From contig JAVBOM010000083.1 in assembly GCA_031550535.1 (NCBI GenBank), forward strand, positions 1,366-65,365: a stretch of DNA of 64,000 nt, written 5' to 3'. The position numbers and the translations under genes were made by a program. The notes under the pieces were generated by a model. It did not search any database, was not told the origin of the DNA, and saw only the letters and a list, made by a program, of their open reading frames with translations. This DNA is from Eubacteriales bacterium. GTDB lineage: Bacteria; Bacillota; Clostridia; Christensenellales; Aristaeellaceae. Positions 1-9,779 of the stretch are shown here, in pieces. The number at the start of each line of letters is the position of its first letter. Within the stretch, counting starts at the first letter, position 1.

Positions 1-1
1 G

Positions 2-1099
2 GACGCGCACGTTGTCCGCCGACTGCGCGACGCGGACGCGGTGATCCTCGGCAAGGCCAACATGACGGAGTTCGCCAACTTCATGGCAAACGACATGAAA
101 AACGGCTACAGCTCGCGCGGCGGCCAGGTGCTCAATCCCTACAACCGCGACGAGGACGTTTCCGGGTCCAGTTCCGGTTCCGCCGCCGCCGTCGCGGCCG
201 GGCTGTGCCCTGTGTCCGTGGGCACGGAGACGAGCGGGTCGATCCTCTCGCCCGCGTGGTGCAACGGCGTTGTGGGCATCAAGCCGACGCTCGGCCTTGT
301 CAGCCGCACGGGCATCGCCCCCATTTCCGTCACGCTAGACACCGCCGGCCCGATGGCGCGCCGCGTGCGCGACGCCGCGCTGCTGCTGGACGCGCTGGCG
401 GGCGAGGATGCCCGGGACCCGGCCACCCTGGCGGCGGGCGGGCGGCGCACAGCGTCCTACGCGGACTGCCTGGACGCAGGCGGCCTGCGCGGCGCCCGAA
501 TCGGCGTCAACCGCGCCCACGAGGATACCCAGAGCGCGGACGCCAAGGCCGCCTTTGCCGCGCTCCTGGCGCTCCTCACGGAGGCCGGCGCCACGCTGGT
601 CGAGGGTGTTGGCATGGAGCGCGCGAAAAACACGCTGGATGTGATGCAGTATGAATTTCAGCGGTGCATGGACGCGTATCTGGCCGCGCTCGGCCCCGCG
701 GCGCCGGTCAGGACGCTCGGCGACATCGTCCGCTTCAACCAGGCGCACGCGGCGGACGCGCTGCGCTACGGCCAGTCGCGGCTGCTGGAAGCGCAAAACG
801 CGGCGTCCGGCCGCCTGACCGAGGCCGCGTACTGGGAGGCCATGCGGGCGCGCGAGGCCCTGATCGCGGCGCTGGACCGCGCGTTTGACGAGCGGACGCT
901 TGACGTGCTCCTCTGCGCCGCGCCGAGCAACATCGCGCCGTTTGCCGGTTTCCCGGCCGTGACCATCCCGGTCGGAAAGCGGAAGGACAATGTGCCCGTC
1001 GGCTCGTACTGGATCGCGCGGCGGTTTGACGAGGCGACGCTGCTGAAAATCGCCTACGCGGCGGAGCAGGCGCTCGGGGTGGCGCTTTTGCCGGGCTAA
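2..1099 (+). CDS. amidase-signature family amidase, 5' end cut by the window edge
   Basis: Reading frame of ORF 41..1099 stays open to the window start. Contains KANMTEFA and the Gly/Ser-rich [14 protein letters not shown] amidase-signature motif. TAA stop at 1097-1099. Confidence 0.85.
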   Translation, partial: DAHVVRRLRDADAVILGKANMTEFANFMANDMKNGYSSRGGQVLNPYNRDEDVSGSSSGSAAAVAAGLCPVSVGTETSGSILSPAWCNGVVGIKPTLGLVSRTGIAPISVTLDTAGPMARRVRDAALLLDALAGEDARDPATLAAGGRRTASYADCLDAGGLRGARIGVNRAHEDTQSADAKAAFAALLALLTEAGATLVEGVGMERAKNTLDVMQYEFQRCMDAYLAALGPAAPVRTLGDIVRFNQAHAADALRYGQSRLLEAQNAASGRLTEAAYWEAMRAREALIAALDRAFDERTLDVLLCAAPSNIAPFAGFPAVTIPVGKRKDNVPVGSYWIARRFDEATLLKIAYAAEQALGVALLPG

Positions 1100-1109
1100 C
1101 GGGGTGAAA

Positions 1110-1233
1110 AGAGGCAAGGATTCCTCACGGAATCCTTCCATGACGGCGGCGCTGATTTGCAAAATCGGGCGCCATAAGAGGATTCCGCAAGGAATCCCTA
1201 TCTTAGGTGCCCGATTCTTCGCATCAGCGCCGC
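1110..1233. repeat. R63 repeat cluster, composite of hairpin-core-hairpin-core modules in mixed orientation
   Basis: aggattcctcacggaatcc, then gacggcggcgctgatttgcaaaatcgggcgccat, then gaggattccgcaaggaatccc, then gtgcccgattcttcgcatcagcgccgc. Matches the consensus shared by the other copies. Confidence 0.85.
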
Positions 1234-1313
1234 AAAAATAAAAACGCTCAAACCAAAAAGGGCCGTGCGCCTCTATCCAGCGCATGGCCCCATTCGTTTT
1301 CATCGCGTTTGAA

Positions 1314-1703
1314 TTATGCTTCCATCGTATCCAAGGCGTCCATCTCATCCAGCGGCATGTCGGCGTCTTCCTCGTCCTCGCCCGCCTCTTCGTCGTCGTC
1401 GATCGTGCCGACGCCCTCGATTTCGTCCAGGCTGCTGACCGGGTCCGGGTTGATCTCCGCAGCCTCCACGGAGGTGTCCTCCTCGCTGTCCGTGGACAGC
1501 ACCTCAATGGAGCGTATCTCCGACAGGCAGCTCCTGCACATGTCCTCACCCGGCAGCGCCGGCACCTCGCCACAGACGGAGCAGAGCAGCGTCGCCTCGT
1601 CCTTTGTTCGCGTCCCGCGCACCTCTTCGCGGCACACGGTACACAGATCGCCGTCATCCAAAATATAGTTTAACTCACAGCGTTGACATTTTTTAAGGCC
1701 CAT
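1314..1703 (-). CDS. hypothetical zinc-ribbon protein with an acidic C-terminal tail
   Basis: Four CxxC pairs (CQRC, CTVC, CSVC, CRSC) followed by a D/E-rich tail. ATG at 1703 is preceded by GGGAGGA. The ORF track starts at an upstream TTG (1721). Confidence 0.6.
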   Translation of the reverse strand: MGLKKCQRCELNYILDDGDLCTVCREEVRGTRTKDEATLLCSVCGEVPALPGEDMCRSCLSEIRSIEVLSTDSEEDTSVEAAEINPDPVSSLDEIEGVGTIDDDEEAGEDEEDADMPLDEMDALDTMEA

Positions 1704-1806
1704 GCCATCCTCCCAGCTCAATATTACGTTGGATTATCGATTACAGGCCATGGCCTGAGCGACGGATGCACTATAGCACATTGTCGCTTTAAGGGCAATA
1801 GCTTTT

Positions 1807-3171
1807 TCACACGTTCACCATTTCGTCACTTCGCGTAACATTTCTGATCCATTTATCGCCACGCAGGCGGAAGAACGCAATAATCCACTTGAAGAATTGG
1901 TCAATTCGCAGCACCACGAAGATCCAGGGCAGCGGCAGCTTCAGCACGAACGCGGCCACATACGCCAGCGGCAGCACCACCAGCCAGCCGCAGATCATGT
2001 CCACCGCCATCACAAACCGGCTGTCCCCCGCGCCCCGGTTGATGCCCACAAAGCAGGACGCGTGGTATGTCGTCCCGACGAGCGACACCGCCGCCAGCCC
2101 GATCATCTCAACCGCCAGCGACTGCGCCTCCCCGGAAACGCCGTACAGCGACGCGAACGGCGCGCGGACCAGGAACACCACCGCCGCCATCACCACGCCG
2201 ATCATCAGGAACATGATCTGGATCGTGTTGGAATACGCGCGGGTGCGCTTGTAATCCCCCGCGCCCACCGTCTTGCCGATCACCACGCACGCGCCGCCCG
2301 CCAGGCTGGATGTGAAGATCATGCCGAGCTGCATCAGCGAATCGCCAATGCTGTTGGCCGCGATCATGCGCTCGCCCAGGCGGCCGATGATCGCCACCTT
2401 GCAGAACCCCACAATGGCCCACTGCGCGTCCACAATGCCCACCGGCAGCCCGTAGCGCAGGTAGTCCTTCAGCAGCAGCCTATCCCCGCGCAGCAGGTCG
2501 CGCGGGTGGAGCGGAAACCGCTTCTGCACCCGGAACGCGTACACCCAGACGACGCAAAGCTCCAGCACCCGCGCCAGCACCGTGGCCAGCGCCGCGCCAC
2601 GCGCGCCCATCGCGGGCATGCCGAGCTTCCCGAAGATGAACACGTAGTTCAGGCCGATATTGGCCACCAGCGACAGAAACGTCGTGTACAGCGTCACCTT
2701 GACGATCTCCACGCTGCGCAGCATGCCCACCAGCGCCATGGAGACCGCGTAGGGCAGGTACGACCAGCACACCAAGGTCAGGTACGGCACCGCCGCCCGG
2801 ATCACTTCCGGATCGGATACCAGAAGGCCCAGCACCCCCGCCGGGAACAGCGAGATGGCCAGCACGAACGCTGCCGCGACCGCCAGGCATATCCACGACA
2901 CGAACGCGAAAATGCGCCGGATGCGCGCCGTGTCCCGCTTGCCCCAGTACTGCGAGATCAATACGGATGACCCGCCGATCAGCCCGGTGATCGTCGCGGT
3001 GAAAAAGGCGGTCGCGCCGTTTGACTGCGCCACGCCCGCGTACACCGTGTCGCCCAGGGTGGAAACCATCATGTTATCGGCCAGAACGACCAGAAAGGAT
3101 ACCAGCCCCTGAAGCGCCGACGGCAGGGCGATGGTGAAAATCGTGCGGTAAAACGCGCGGTCACGGACCAA
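1807..3171 (-). CDS. MATE family efflux transporter
   Basis: 454-aa polytopic membrane ORF with MATE-like N-terminus (FYRTIFTIALPSALQ). TTG start preceded by GGGGGGAG. Confidence 0.8.
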   Translation of the reverse strand: MVRDRAFYRTIFTIALPSALQGLVSFLVVLADNMMVSTLGDTVYAGVAQSNGATAFFTATITGLIGGSSVLISQYWGKRDTARIRRIFAFVSWICLAVAAAFVLAISLFPAGVLGLLVSDPEVIRAAVPYLTLVCWSYLPYAVSMALVGMLRSVEIVKVTLYTTFLSLVANIGLNYVFIFGKLGMPAMGARGAALATVLARVLELCVVWVYAFRVQKRFPLHPRDLLRGDRLLLKDYLRYGLPVGIVDAQWAIVGFCKVAIIGRLGERMIAANSIGDSLMQLGMIFTSSLAGGACVVIGKTVGAGDYKRTRAYSNTIQIMFLMIGVVMAAVVFLVRAPFASLYGVSGEAQSLAVEMIGLAAVSLVGTTYHASCFVGINRGAGDSRFVMAVDMICGWLVVLPLAYVAAFVLKLPLPWIFVVLRIDQFFKWIIAFFRLRGDKWIRNVTRSDEMVNV

Positions 3172-3188
3172 GGTGAGCTCCCCCCTTC

Positions 3189-3252
3189 GATGGCGGCGCT
3201 GATTTGCAACATCGGGCGCCGTAGGCGAATTCCGCCAGGAATCCTTACCTCT
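3189..3252 (-). repeat. R63 repeat copy in the leader region of the MATE gene
   Basis: gatggcggcgctgatttgcaacatcgggcgccgtaggcgaattccgccaggaatccttacctct. Confidence 0.9.
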
Positions 3253-3314
3253 ATGTGTAAACCGCCGTCATTGTACAGCGGGGGGCGCGAAAAAACAAGG
3301 AATATATGTGGGAT

Positions 3315-3352
3315 GTAAAAAAAGCAAACCCCCTCCGGCGCGGCCGGAGGGG
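3315..3352 (-). terminator. rho-independent terminator
   Basis: Minus strand reads CCCCTCCGG-CCGCG-CCGGAGGGGG followed by TTTGCTTTTTTT. Confidence 0.7.
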
Positions 3353-3418
3353 TATATGAATTTCACTCGCTATCCTCTTTCGCATGAGTTCGTGTGTACG
3401 GTCTACTGGTTGTATGGC

Positions 3419-3520
3419 TTACTGGCCCGTCTGGCCCGATTGGCTTGTCCGATCCCGGCGCATCCCTCCTTGCTCCTTACTTGCCCTGCTTGGCCCTTGC
3501 CCGGCGGCCGCGTCGTCCAT
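3419..3520 (-). CDS. possible 33-aa small protein (MDDAAAGQGPSRASKEQGGMRRDRTSQSGQTGQ), unannotated
   Basis: ATG preceded by AAGAGGTGAT, TAA stop, and the terminator at 3315-3352 lies about 70 nt downstream. G/Q/S/R-rich composition. Below the ORF-track size cutoff. Confidence 0.25.
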   Translation of the reverse strand: MDDAAAGQGPSRASKEQGGMRRDRTSQSGQTGQ

Positions 3521-3632
3521 CGGCATCACCTCTTTCGCTTTTGATGTCATTATCATACCGCCCTTTTATGAACCCAATATGATGCGTTCATGAGAATTCC
3601 GTTAACATTTCCGCCCTTATCGCGCCCCGCCC

Positions 3633-4697
3633 TCACTTTGGCCGGGGCTCAAACTCCACCATCTTGGGCGAAATATACGCCAGCCCGCCCCCGGGCAGTT
3701 CAAAGCCATACCATCCAGAGGGCGACATTCCGAGGGCGAAGAAGGCATCGCCCTGATGCACTTTGCCGATCGCCTTGTAGTCCGTGCTGCCGCCCTCGCG
3801 GACATTGGTGCCGCTGGAAAGCACGACAATCCTGCCGATGGCGTTCTCCGGCCACACAATCGGATCGGGTATGACAATGATGTTCTGCAGGGCGACCTCG
3901 TCCGGGGTCAGGTTGACATCGCGCAGGAGCGCCTCTTTCGTGATCGTGATTGTGCGTTTCCGCGAGGTTTTGACATTTTCCTTAAGCGCAACGGTGACAG
4001 ACTCCCCGATGGCAAGTTTCCTCAGGTTTTTTTCGCATTCAAACAGCTGGTAATAACCCGGTCCGGTGAACTCGGCAAACGGCGTGAGAGTAAACTGCAC
4101 ATAGTCCCCGCCGACGAGGTACACGCTATCCGCATCGTCTAACCCTTCCTGCATCCCCCCTCCGCCCGTGAGTTGCAGTTCCTGAATGTACATGTGATAG
4201 CTGGTGTTGAAATCCCCTCGGGTTGGGTCAAGGATGATCGAACTGATGCTTCTGATGGAACCCTCCTCCATGCCGTTCGTCTGTAGACGGTACAGATACA
4301 GCCGCTGCGGGATGGACTGATACCCGTTGGAAACTGAAGAATACTTTCGCATCCTGTCCGCCGCGTTCCATCCCCCCGTTATTCTGAATTCAACCTGATC
4401 ATACGTTTGATCGTCCGGTGCGCTATCCATATGGATGTCTACGCCCACCACCCCCACAGGGGTAGGAACGATCGTATACTCGTGCGGCTTCAACCTGTAC
4501 TGGTGCGCAAGGTGCAGTATGCCGTCGTCACGCTCTTCAAACCCATTTATTTCGACGATTGCGGACTCCAGCTCCGTGCCAACTTCGTTAAAATAGAGAA
4601 TGCCCTCCGACACCGTGGCATATGGATTCTCCCCCAAGCCAACGGCGGGCAGCAAACCCATGACCAATACGAGCATCGCCAAGAGCTTCCTTTTCAT
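3633..4697 (-). CDS. secreted hypothetical protein with a C-terminal SH3b-like domain
   Basis: Signal peptide MKRKLLAMLVLVMGLLPAVGLG. C-terminus GTNVREGGSTDYKAIGKVHQGDAFFALGMSPSGWYGF resembles bacterial SH3. Confidence 0.65.
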   Translation of the reverse strand: MKRKLLAMLVLVMGLLPAVGLGENPYATVSEGILYFNEVGTELESAIVEINGFEERDDGILHLAHQYRLKPHEYTIVPTPVGVVGVDIHMDSAPDDQTYDQVEFRITGGWNAADRMRKYSSVSNGYQSIPQRLYLYRLQTNGMEEGSIRSISSIILDPTRGDFNTSYHMYIQELQLTGGGGMQEGLDDADSVYLVGGDYVQFTLTPFAEFTGPGYYQLFECEKNLRKLAIGESVTVALKENVKTSRKRTITITKEALLRDVNLTPDEVALQNIIVIPDPIVWPENAIGRIVVLSSGTNVREGGSTDYKAIGKVHQGDAFFALGMSPSGWYGFELPGGGLAYISPKMVEFEPRPK

Positions 4698-4920
4698 ACC
4701 TTCACCCTCTTTTGTTTTGTATAATTATATACCGTTCGCACATAATGTCAACTCTATCATGCGTCACCTCGACCGTCCGCGCTACCGATCCGGCGTTTGA
4801 TGGTTATATCCTTCCGCGCCGCCGTTCACATTTCCGCCCCTTTTCATTTCCCCCGTTTTCGTGTATGATGCACATAGCAATTATCTAGCCAAATACAGTC
4901 AAATAAGGAGGGGATTTCGC

Positions 4921-5853
4921 ATGTACATCGTGGATACCCACTGCGATACGCTGCTGGCCCGCTCGGCCCCCGTCAACGAGTTTAGCAAGAGCGCCACGCC
5001 CGATGTCACGCCTGAACGCCTTCGGGACGGCGGCGTGACATTGCAGGTGTGCGCCCTGTTCGCCGGATCGGACGGGCCGAAGGGCATGGGGCCGCGCGCG
5101 CCGCGCGCCATGGCGGACGCGCAGTTCGCGGCGCTTCACACGCTCACGGACCACGGCGTGCGCAAGGTGGACAGCCCGTTTGACGCTAAGGACGGCGAAA
5201 CCTGCCTGATGCTGTCCATCGAGGGCGGCGAGATCATCGGCGATTCGCTGGAAACGCTGCGGGATTACCGAAAGCTCGGCGTCCGGCTGATGGCGCTCAC
5301 CTGGAACCACGAAAACCTGATCGCCTATCCGCACTGCGACGGCGGTCAGCACGGCCTGAAGCCCTTCGGCTGGGAGGTCGTGCGCGAAATGAACCGCCTG
5401 GGCATCGCGGCGGACGTTTCGCACCTGGGCGAGGGCGGGTTCTGGGACCTCGTGTTCCATAGCGACAAGCCGCCCATGGCCTCGCACTCCTGCTGCCGCA
5501 AGCTCTGCATGCACACGCGGAACCTCACGGACGACCAGATCCGCGCCCTGATCGACCGGGACGGCTGGATCGGCATCAACTTCTATACGAACTTCCTGTC
5601 CGGCACCGGCCATGCGGACGTGGAGACGGTGGTGGACCACATCCAGCATATCGCGGAGCTGGGCGGCGTGGAGCACGTCGGCTTCGGCTCGGACTTTGAC
5701 GGCATCGACAAGGCGCCCGAGGGGCTGACGCACCCGGGACAAATTCCGAACCTGCTGGCCGCGCTGAGCCGCCGGGGCTTTTCCGCCCAGGAGGTCGAGG
5801 GCATTGCCGGACAGAACTTCCTGCGCTACATGAGACAGTTTGAGGAGGCGTAA
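4921..5853 (+). CDS. membrane dipeptidase (peptidase M19 family)
   Basis: [11 protein letters not shown] start motif, plus HLGEGGFWD and GFGSDFDG metal-ligand motifs. AGGAGG lies 8 nt upstream of ATG 4921. Confidence 0.85.
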   Translation: MYIVDTHCDTLLARSAPVNEFSKSATPDVTPERLRDGGVTLQVCALFAGSDGPKGMGPRAPRAMADAQFAALHTLTDHGVRKVDSPFDAKDGETCLMLSIEGGEIIGDSLETLRDYRKLGVRLMALTWNHENLIAYPHCDGGQHGLKPFGWEVVREMNRLGIAADVSHLGEGGFWDLVFHSDKPPMASHSCCRKLCMHTRNLTDDQIRALIDRDGWIGINFYTNFLSGTGHADVETVVDHIQHIAELGGVEHVGFGSDFDGIDKAPEGLTHPGQIPNLLAALSRRGFSAQEVEGIAGQNFLRYMRQFEEA

Positions 5854-5857
5854 CACC

Positions 5858-7525
5858 ATGGCCAAGTATGCGATCGGCGTGGACTTTGGCACGCTGTCGG
5901 CGCGCGCGCTCGTCGTGGAGATCGGCACCGGGCGCGAGCTGGCGGCCCGGGCGATGGACTATCCGCACGCCGTGATGGACGAAGCGCTGCCGGACGGCAC
6001 GCGCCTTGGCACGGACTGGGCGCTGGAGCATCCCCGGGATTATCTGGACTGCCTGGCCGGCACGATTCCCGGGGCCATGGCGGACAGCGGCGTGGACCCG
6101 AAGGATGTCGTGGGCCTGGGGATCGATTTCACGGCCTGCACGCTGATGCCCTGCAAGGCGGACGGCACGCCGCTGTGCTTCCTGCCGGACTTCGAGCACA
6201 ACCCGCACGCGTACATCAAGCTCTGGAAGCATCACGCCGCGCAGGACCACGCCGACCGGCTGAACGCCATTGCCGGGGCGCGCGGGGAAACGTTCCTGAA
6301 CCGCTACGGCGGCAAAATATCGTCCGAATGGGCCATTCCGAAAATCTGGCAGACATTGGAACAAGCGCCCGAGGTGTACGCCGCCGCCGACCGCTTCATT
6401 GAGGCGGCCGACTGGGTCATCTGGCAGCTCTGCGGCCGCGAGGCGCGCAACGCGTGCACGGCCGGGTACAAGGCCATGTGGTCCAAGCGCGAGGGGTATC
6501 CTTCGGAGGACTTCTTCGCCGCGCTGGACCCGCGCCTGCGCCGTGTCGTGGAGGAGAAGCTCTCCCGCGACATCTACCCCATCGGCGCGAAGGCGGGCGA
6601 GATCACGGCAGAGGCGGCGAAGCTCACGGGCCTGCCGGTGGGCACGGCGGTGGCCGTCGCGAACGTGGACGCGCACGTCGCCATGCCGGCGCTCGGCATC
6701 ACGGACCCGGGCAAGCTGCTGATGATTATGGGCACATCCACGTGCCACATCGTGCTGGGGCGCGAGGAAAAGCTGGTGCCCGGCATGTGCGGCGTGGTGG
6801 AGGACGGCGTCATCCCTGGGTACATGGGCTTTGAGGCGGGCCAGAGCTGCGTGGGCGACCACTTCGCCTGGTTTGTGGAGAACTGCGTGCCCGAGCGGTA
6901 TATGACCGAGGCGCGCGAGCGCGGGCTGCACATCCAGCAGCTTTTGACCGAGAAAGCGGCGAAGCTGGCCGTCGGCGAAAGCGGGCTGCTGGCGCTGGAT
7001 TGGTGGAACGGCAACCGTTCCGTGCTGGTGGATGCGAACCTGACCGGCGTGATGCTCGGCATGACACTGCAAACCAAGCCCGAGGACATGTATCGCGCGC
7101 TGATCGAGGCGACGGCCTACGGCACCCGGATGATCGTGGACACGTTCGCGGAAAACGGCGTCGCCATCGACGAATTGTACGCGTGCGGCGGCATCGCGGA
7201 GAAAAACCCGATGATGATGCAGATCTACAGCGATGTGGTGAACCGCGAAATCTTCATCTCCCGCTCCGCGCAGGCCCCGGCGCTGGGCAGCGCGATGTTC
7301 GGCGCGGTCGCGGCCGGGAAAGCGAACGGCGGCTATGACACCATCCAGGGCGCGGCAAGGGAGATGGGCGGCGTGAAGGACACCGTGTACCGGCCCATCC
7401 CGGAGAATGTGGCCGTGTATGACCGCCTGTTCGCCGAGTACCGCCGCCTGCACGACCTGTTCGGGCGCGGCGGGGATAACGCGCTGAAAACGCTGAAGAA
7501 GATCAGGCAGGAGGCGCAGAAGTAG
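5858..7525 (+). CDS. araB: L-ribulokinase
   Basis: From memory, close full-length resemblance to Bacillus AraB ([53 protein letters not shown]). GAGGAGG RBS. The TAG stop at 7523-7525 lies inside an R63 copy. Confidence 0.9.
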   Translation: MAKYAIGVDFGTLSARALVVEIGTGRELAARAMDYPHAVMDEALPDGTRLGTDWALEHPRDYLDCLAGTIPGAMADSGVDPKDVVGLGIDFTACTLMPCKADGTPLCFLPDFEHNPHAYIKLWKHHAAQDHADRLNAIAGARGETFLNRYGGKISSEWAIPKIWQTLEQAPEVYAAADRFIEAADWVIWQLCGREARNACTAGYKAMWSKREGYPSEDFFAALDPRLRRVVEEKLSRDIYPIGAKAGEITAEAAKLTGLPVGTAVAVANVDAHVAMPALGITDPGKLLMIMGTSTCHIVLGREEKLVPGMCGVVEDGVIPGYMGFEAGQSCVGDHFAWFVENCVPERYMTEARERGLHIQQLLTEKAAKLAVGESGLLALDWWNGNRSVLVDANLTGVMLGMTLQTKPEDMYRALIEATAYGTRMIVDTFAENGVAIDELYACGGIAEKNPMMMQIYSDVVNREIFISRSAQAPALGSAMFGAVAAGKANGGYDTIQGAAREMGGVKDTVYRPIPENVAVYDRLFAEYRRLHDLFGRGGDNALKTLKKIRQEAQK

Positions 7526-7581
7526 GGATTCCTGCCGGAATCCCCTTATGGCGCCCGATTCTTCGAATCAGCGCCGCCATC
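7519..7581 (+). repeat. R63 repeat copy overlapping the araB stop codon
   Basis: gaagtagggattcctgccggaatccccttatggcgcccgattcttcgaatcagcgccgccatc. Confidence 0.95.
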
Positions 7582-7665
7582 ATAGAGGCATTAACAATGC
7601 CCGCACGGCAGATTTTTCTGTCCTGCGGGCATTCTTGTTGTATGGCAGCGCAAACCGGATGCTGC

Positions 7666-8331
7666 TTATGGGAGGGAAGGCACGATATTCACGGACAGCA
7701 CGGCTTCCGTTTTCCCGTTTATTTCGACGCGCTGAATGATAAGCAATGTTGTCTCCGTGCCCACAGTGGACACCCAGCGCCGCATATGCCTGCCCGTGAC
7801 GACGGCAAGGGCCCCTCCCCCCGGCAAGGATATTGTGTCGGCAATGTCGTCCTCGTCAACCCGGGCGTCCGGTTCGCCGTACAGTTCGGTCAAAGCGTCG
7901 GCCAGCGTATCGTATAGCACGGCGAGATTGCCCTGCTCCCCATTGAAACTATAGTGCACCGACGAAAGCCCATCGTCTATGAATTCAATCGATGTGGAAG
8001 CAGTATAACCGTTCAGCCGGGCGCTGTTCTTGAAATTGTAGTCGCAGAATTCTTGGGACACGGAAGTCAGCTTCATCGCGTCCGCGAAATCAATGCCCAG
8101 TGCGTTCTCCACCTCTTCCGGCGAGGAACCCCAGGCGATTCCGTGGTACGCGTAGTCGCCATCCTCATTTCGCAATGTCGTAAGGTCGATTTCGTCCGTC
8201 CCATCGAAAGCGGTAAACAACCCCGTCAGCACAAGAAGCAACCCGATCCATGCGCACTTCCTTGACGGCGGCGCTGATTTGAAACATCGGGCGCCATAAA
8301 AGGATTTCGCAAGAAATCCATTCCTCTTCAT
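7666..8331 (-). CDS. hypothetical exported protein whose N-terminal codons 2-23 are an R63 copy
   Basis: ATG 8331 is preceded by AGGGAGGGTG. A hydrophobic segment WIGLLLVLTGLFTAF follows the repeat-encoded stretch. Confidence 0.55.
   Translation of the reverse strand: MKRNGFLAKSFYGARCFKSAPPSRKCAWIGLLLVLTGLFTAFDGTDEIDLTTLRNEDGDYAYHGIAWGSSPEEVENALGIDFADAMKLTSVSQEFCDYNFKNSARLNGYTASTSIEFIDDGLSSVHYSFNGEQGNLAVLYDTLADALTELYGEPDARVDEDDIADTISLPGGGALAVVTGRHMRRWVSTVGTETTLLIIQRVEINGKTEAVLSVNIVPSLP
8264..8328 (-). repeat. R63 repeat copy inside the 5' coding region of ORF 7666..8331
   Basis: gacggcggcgctgatttgaaacatcgggcgccataaaaggatttcgcaagaaatccattcctctt. The consensus TAG position reads AAT in this copy, which keeps the frame open. 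Confidence 0.85.
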
Positions 8332-8471
8332 TGCGGATCACCCTCCCTAAACACCGCTCCTTCCGTCCTTATCGCCCAATCTTCTATTGTTATTTTATGC
8401 CATTTCCCACAATTTGTCAACCGTACGCATCGCCATTTGGGCAAAAACTCGCGCCGCCTTCAAAGGCATAC

Positions 8472-9452
8472 TTACAGCATTCCCCGCAGCTTTCCAATAT
8501 CCCTGTCCGTGCGGTTGCCATGGATGGGGATATTCGCCAACTCCGCCTCAATCTGCGCATATTCGCCCGCCGTCAGCATGACGTCCGCCGCGCCAAGGTT
8601 CTCCTCAATCCGCTGAACGCTCCGCATGCCGGGAATCGGCACGATGAAATCCCGCTTGCGCAGCATCCATGCGAGGGAAATCTGCGCGGGCGTGCTCCCT
8701 TTGCTTGCCGCGAACGCGCGGAGCATATCCAGCAGCGGCTGGTTCGCGCGGAAGTTGTCCTCGCTGAAGCGGGTGATGACCCGCCGCACGTCGTCGCCGG
8801 TGTAGCCGCTCCCGGCCGTCGTTTTGCCGGACAGGAACCCGCTGGCCAGCGGCGAAAACGGCACGAACCCGATCCCCAGCGCCTCGCACGCCGGGAGGAC
8901 ATCCTTCTCAAACATCCGCTCCATCATCGAGTACTCGCTCTGGATGGCGGCAATCGGCGTGACAGCGTGCGCCCGCTGGATCTCGTCCTCCGTTGCCTGG
9001 GACTGTCCCCAGCCGAGGATTTTGCCCTCCCGGATTAACTCCCCCATCACCCGCGCCACGTCCTCCACCGGGATGTCCTTGTTGACCCTGTGCTGGTAAT
9101 ACAAGTCGACATGATCCATCGAAAGCCGCCCGAGTGACGCGTCCAGGTGCGCGCGGATGCTCCGCCGGAGCCGCTCAAACGTCCCCGCCTCAGCCAGCGT
9201 GTCAATGTGCAGCTTCGTCGCGACGACAACCCGATTCCGGATCGGCCCGAGCGCCTCGCCGACCAGCTTTTCGTTGTCGCCCGCGCCATAGCCTTCCGCC
9301 GTGTCGAAAAAGGTACACCCCAGGTCAAACGCCCGGCGCATCAGCCGGATCGCCTCCGCCCGGTCCGGTCCGGGCCCGTATCCGTGGCTGAACCCCATGC
9401 AGCCAAAGCCGACGGCGGATACCGTCAGACCGCCAAGCCTGCGCATTTTCAT
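8472..9452 (-). CDS. aldo/keto reductase
   Basis: 326 aa. GFGCMGFS, FFDTAEGYG and LGWGQS family motifs. GAAGGAAG RBS. Confidence 0.85.
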   Translation of the reverse strand: MKMRRLGGLTVSAVGFGCMGFSHGYGPGPDRAEAIRLMRRAFDLGCTFFDTAEGYGAGDNEKLVGEALGPIRNRVVVATKLHIDTLAEAGTFERLRRSIRAHLDASLGRLSMDHVDLYYQHRVNKDIPVEDVARVMGELIREGKILGWGQSQATEDEIQRAHAVTPIAAIQSEYSMMERMFEKDVLPACEALGIGFVPFSPLASGFLSGKTTAGSGYTGDDVRRVITRFSEDNFRANQPLLDMLRAFAASKGSTPAQISLAWMLRKRDFIVPIPGMRSVQRIEENLGAADVMLTAGEYAQIEAELANIPIHGNRTDRDIGKLRGML

Positions 9453-9484
9453 GCCGCGTCACTTCCTTCGTATGTCTTGCCTCC

Positions 9485-9515
9485 AGTATACCTCCTGGAG
9501 TGAACTCGAAGTCAA
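9485..9515 (-). promoter_or_regulatory. sigma-A-like promoter of the aldo/keto reductase with a 19-bp spacer
   Basis: Minus strand reads TTGACT-N19-TATACT. Inverted repeat CTCCAG/CTGGAG at 9481-9500. A long spacer is typical of MerR-type activated promoters, but no MerR gene is adjacent. Confidence 0.35.
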
Positions 9516-9779
9516 GGTCACGCATCACTTGTTCTTCCCCGTCATAAACTTTTTCCCGCACATCATGTATTTTCGCTGGCGTAAACCCGCAAACTGTGGT
9601 ATGCTATGGGGGTTAAAGTATGATTTCCCGCGATTTTTGAATCCATCACGCGGCTGTGATGCCGCGTGTTTGATAGACTTCATAGGGAGCGTGCATCCAA
9701 AGGAGAACGGCGTTCGCCTTGCGTCGAGCGTTGTTTTTGCTTGTGATATTTTTGTTTTGGATTTGGAAGGAGGGTTTCT

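Noticed and set aside
7555-7578. TTCGAATC core of the repeat resembles the tRNA T-loop consensus GGTTCGAATCC.
   Set aside because: No acceptor, D or anticodon arms can be drawn around any copy. The similarity is limited to about 8 nt inside a palindrome. It is not a tRNA or tRNA fragment on present evidence.
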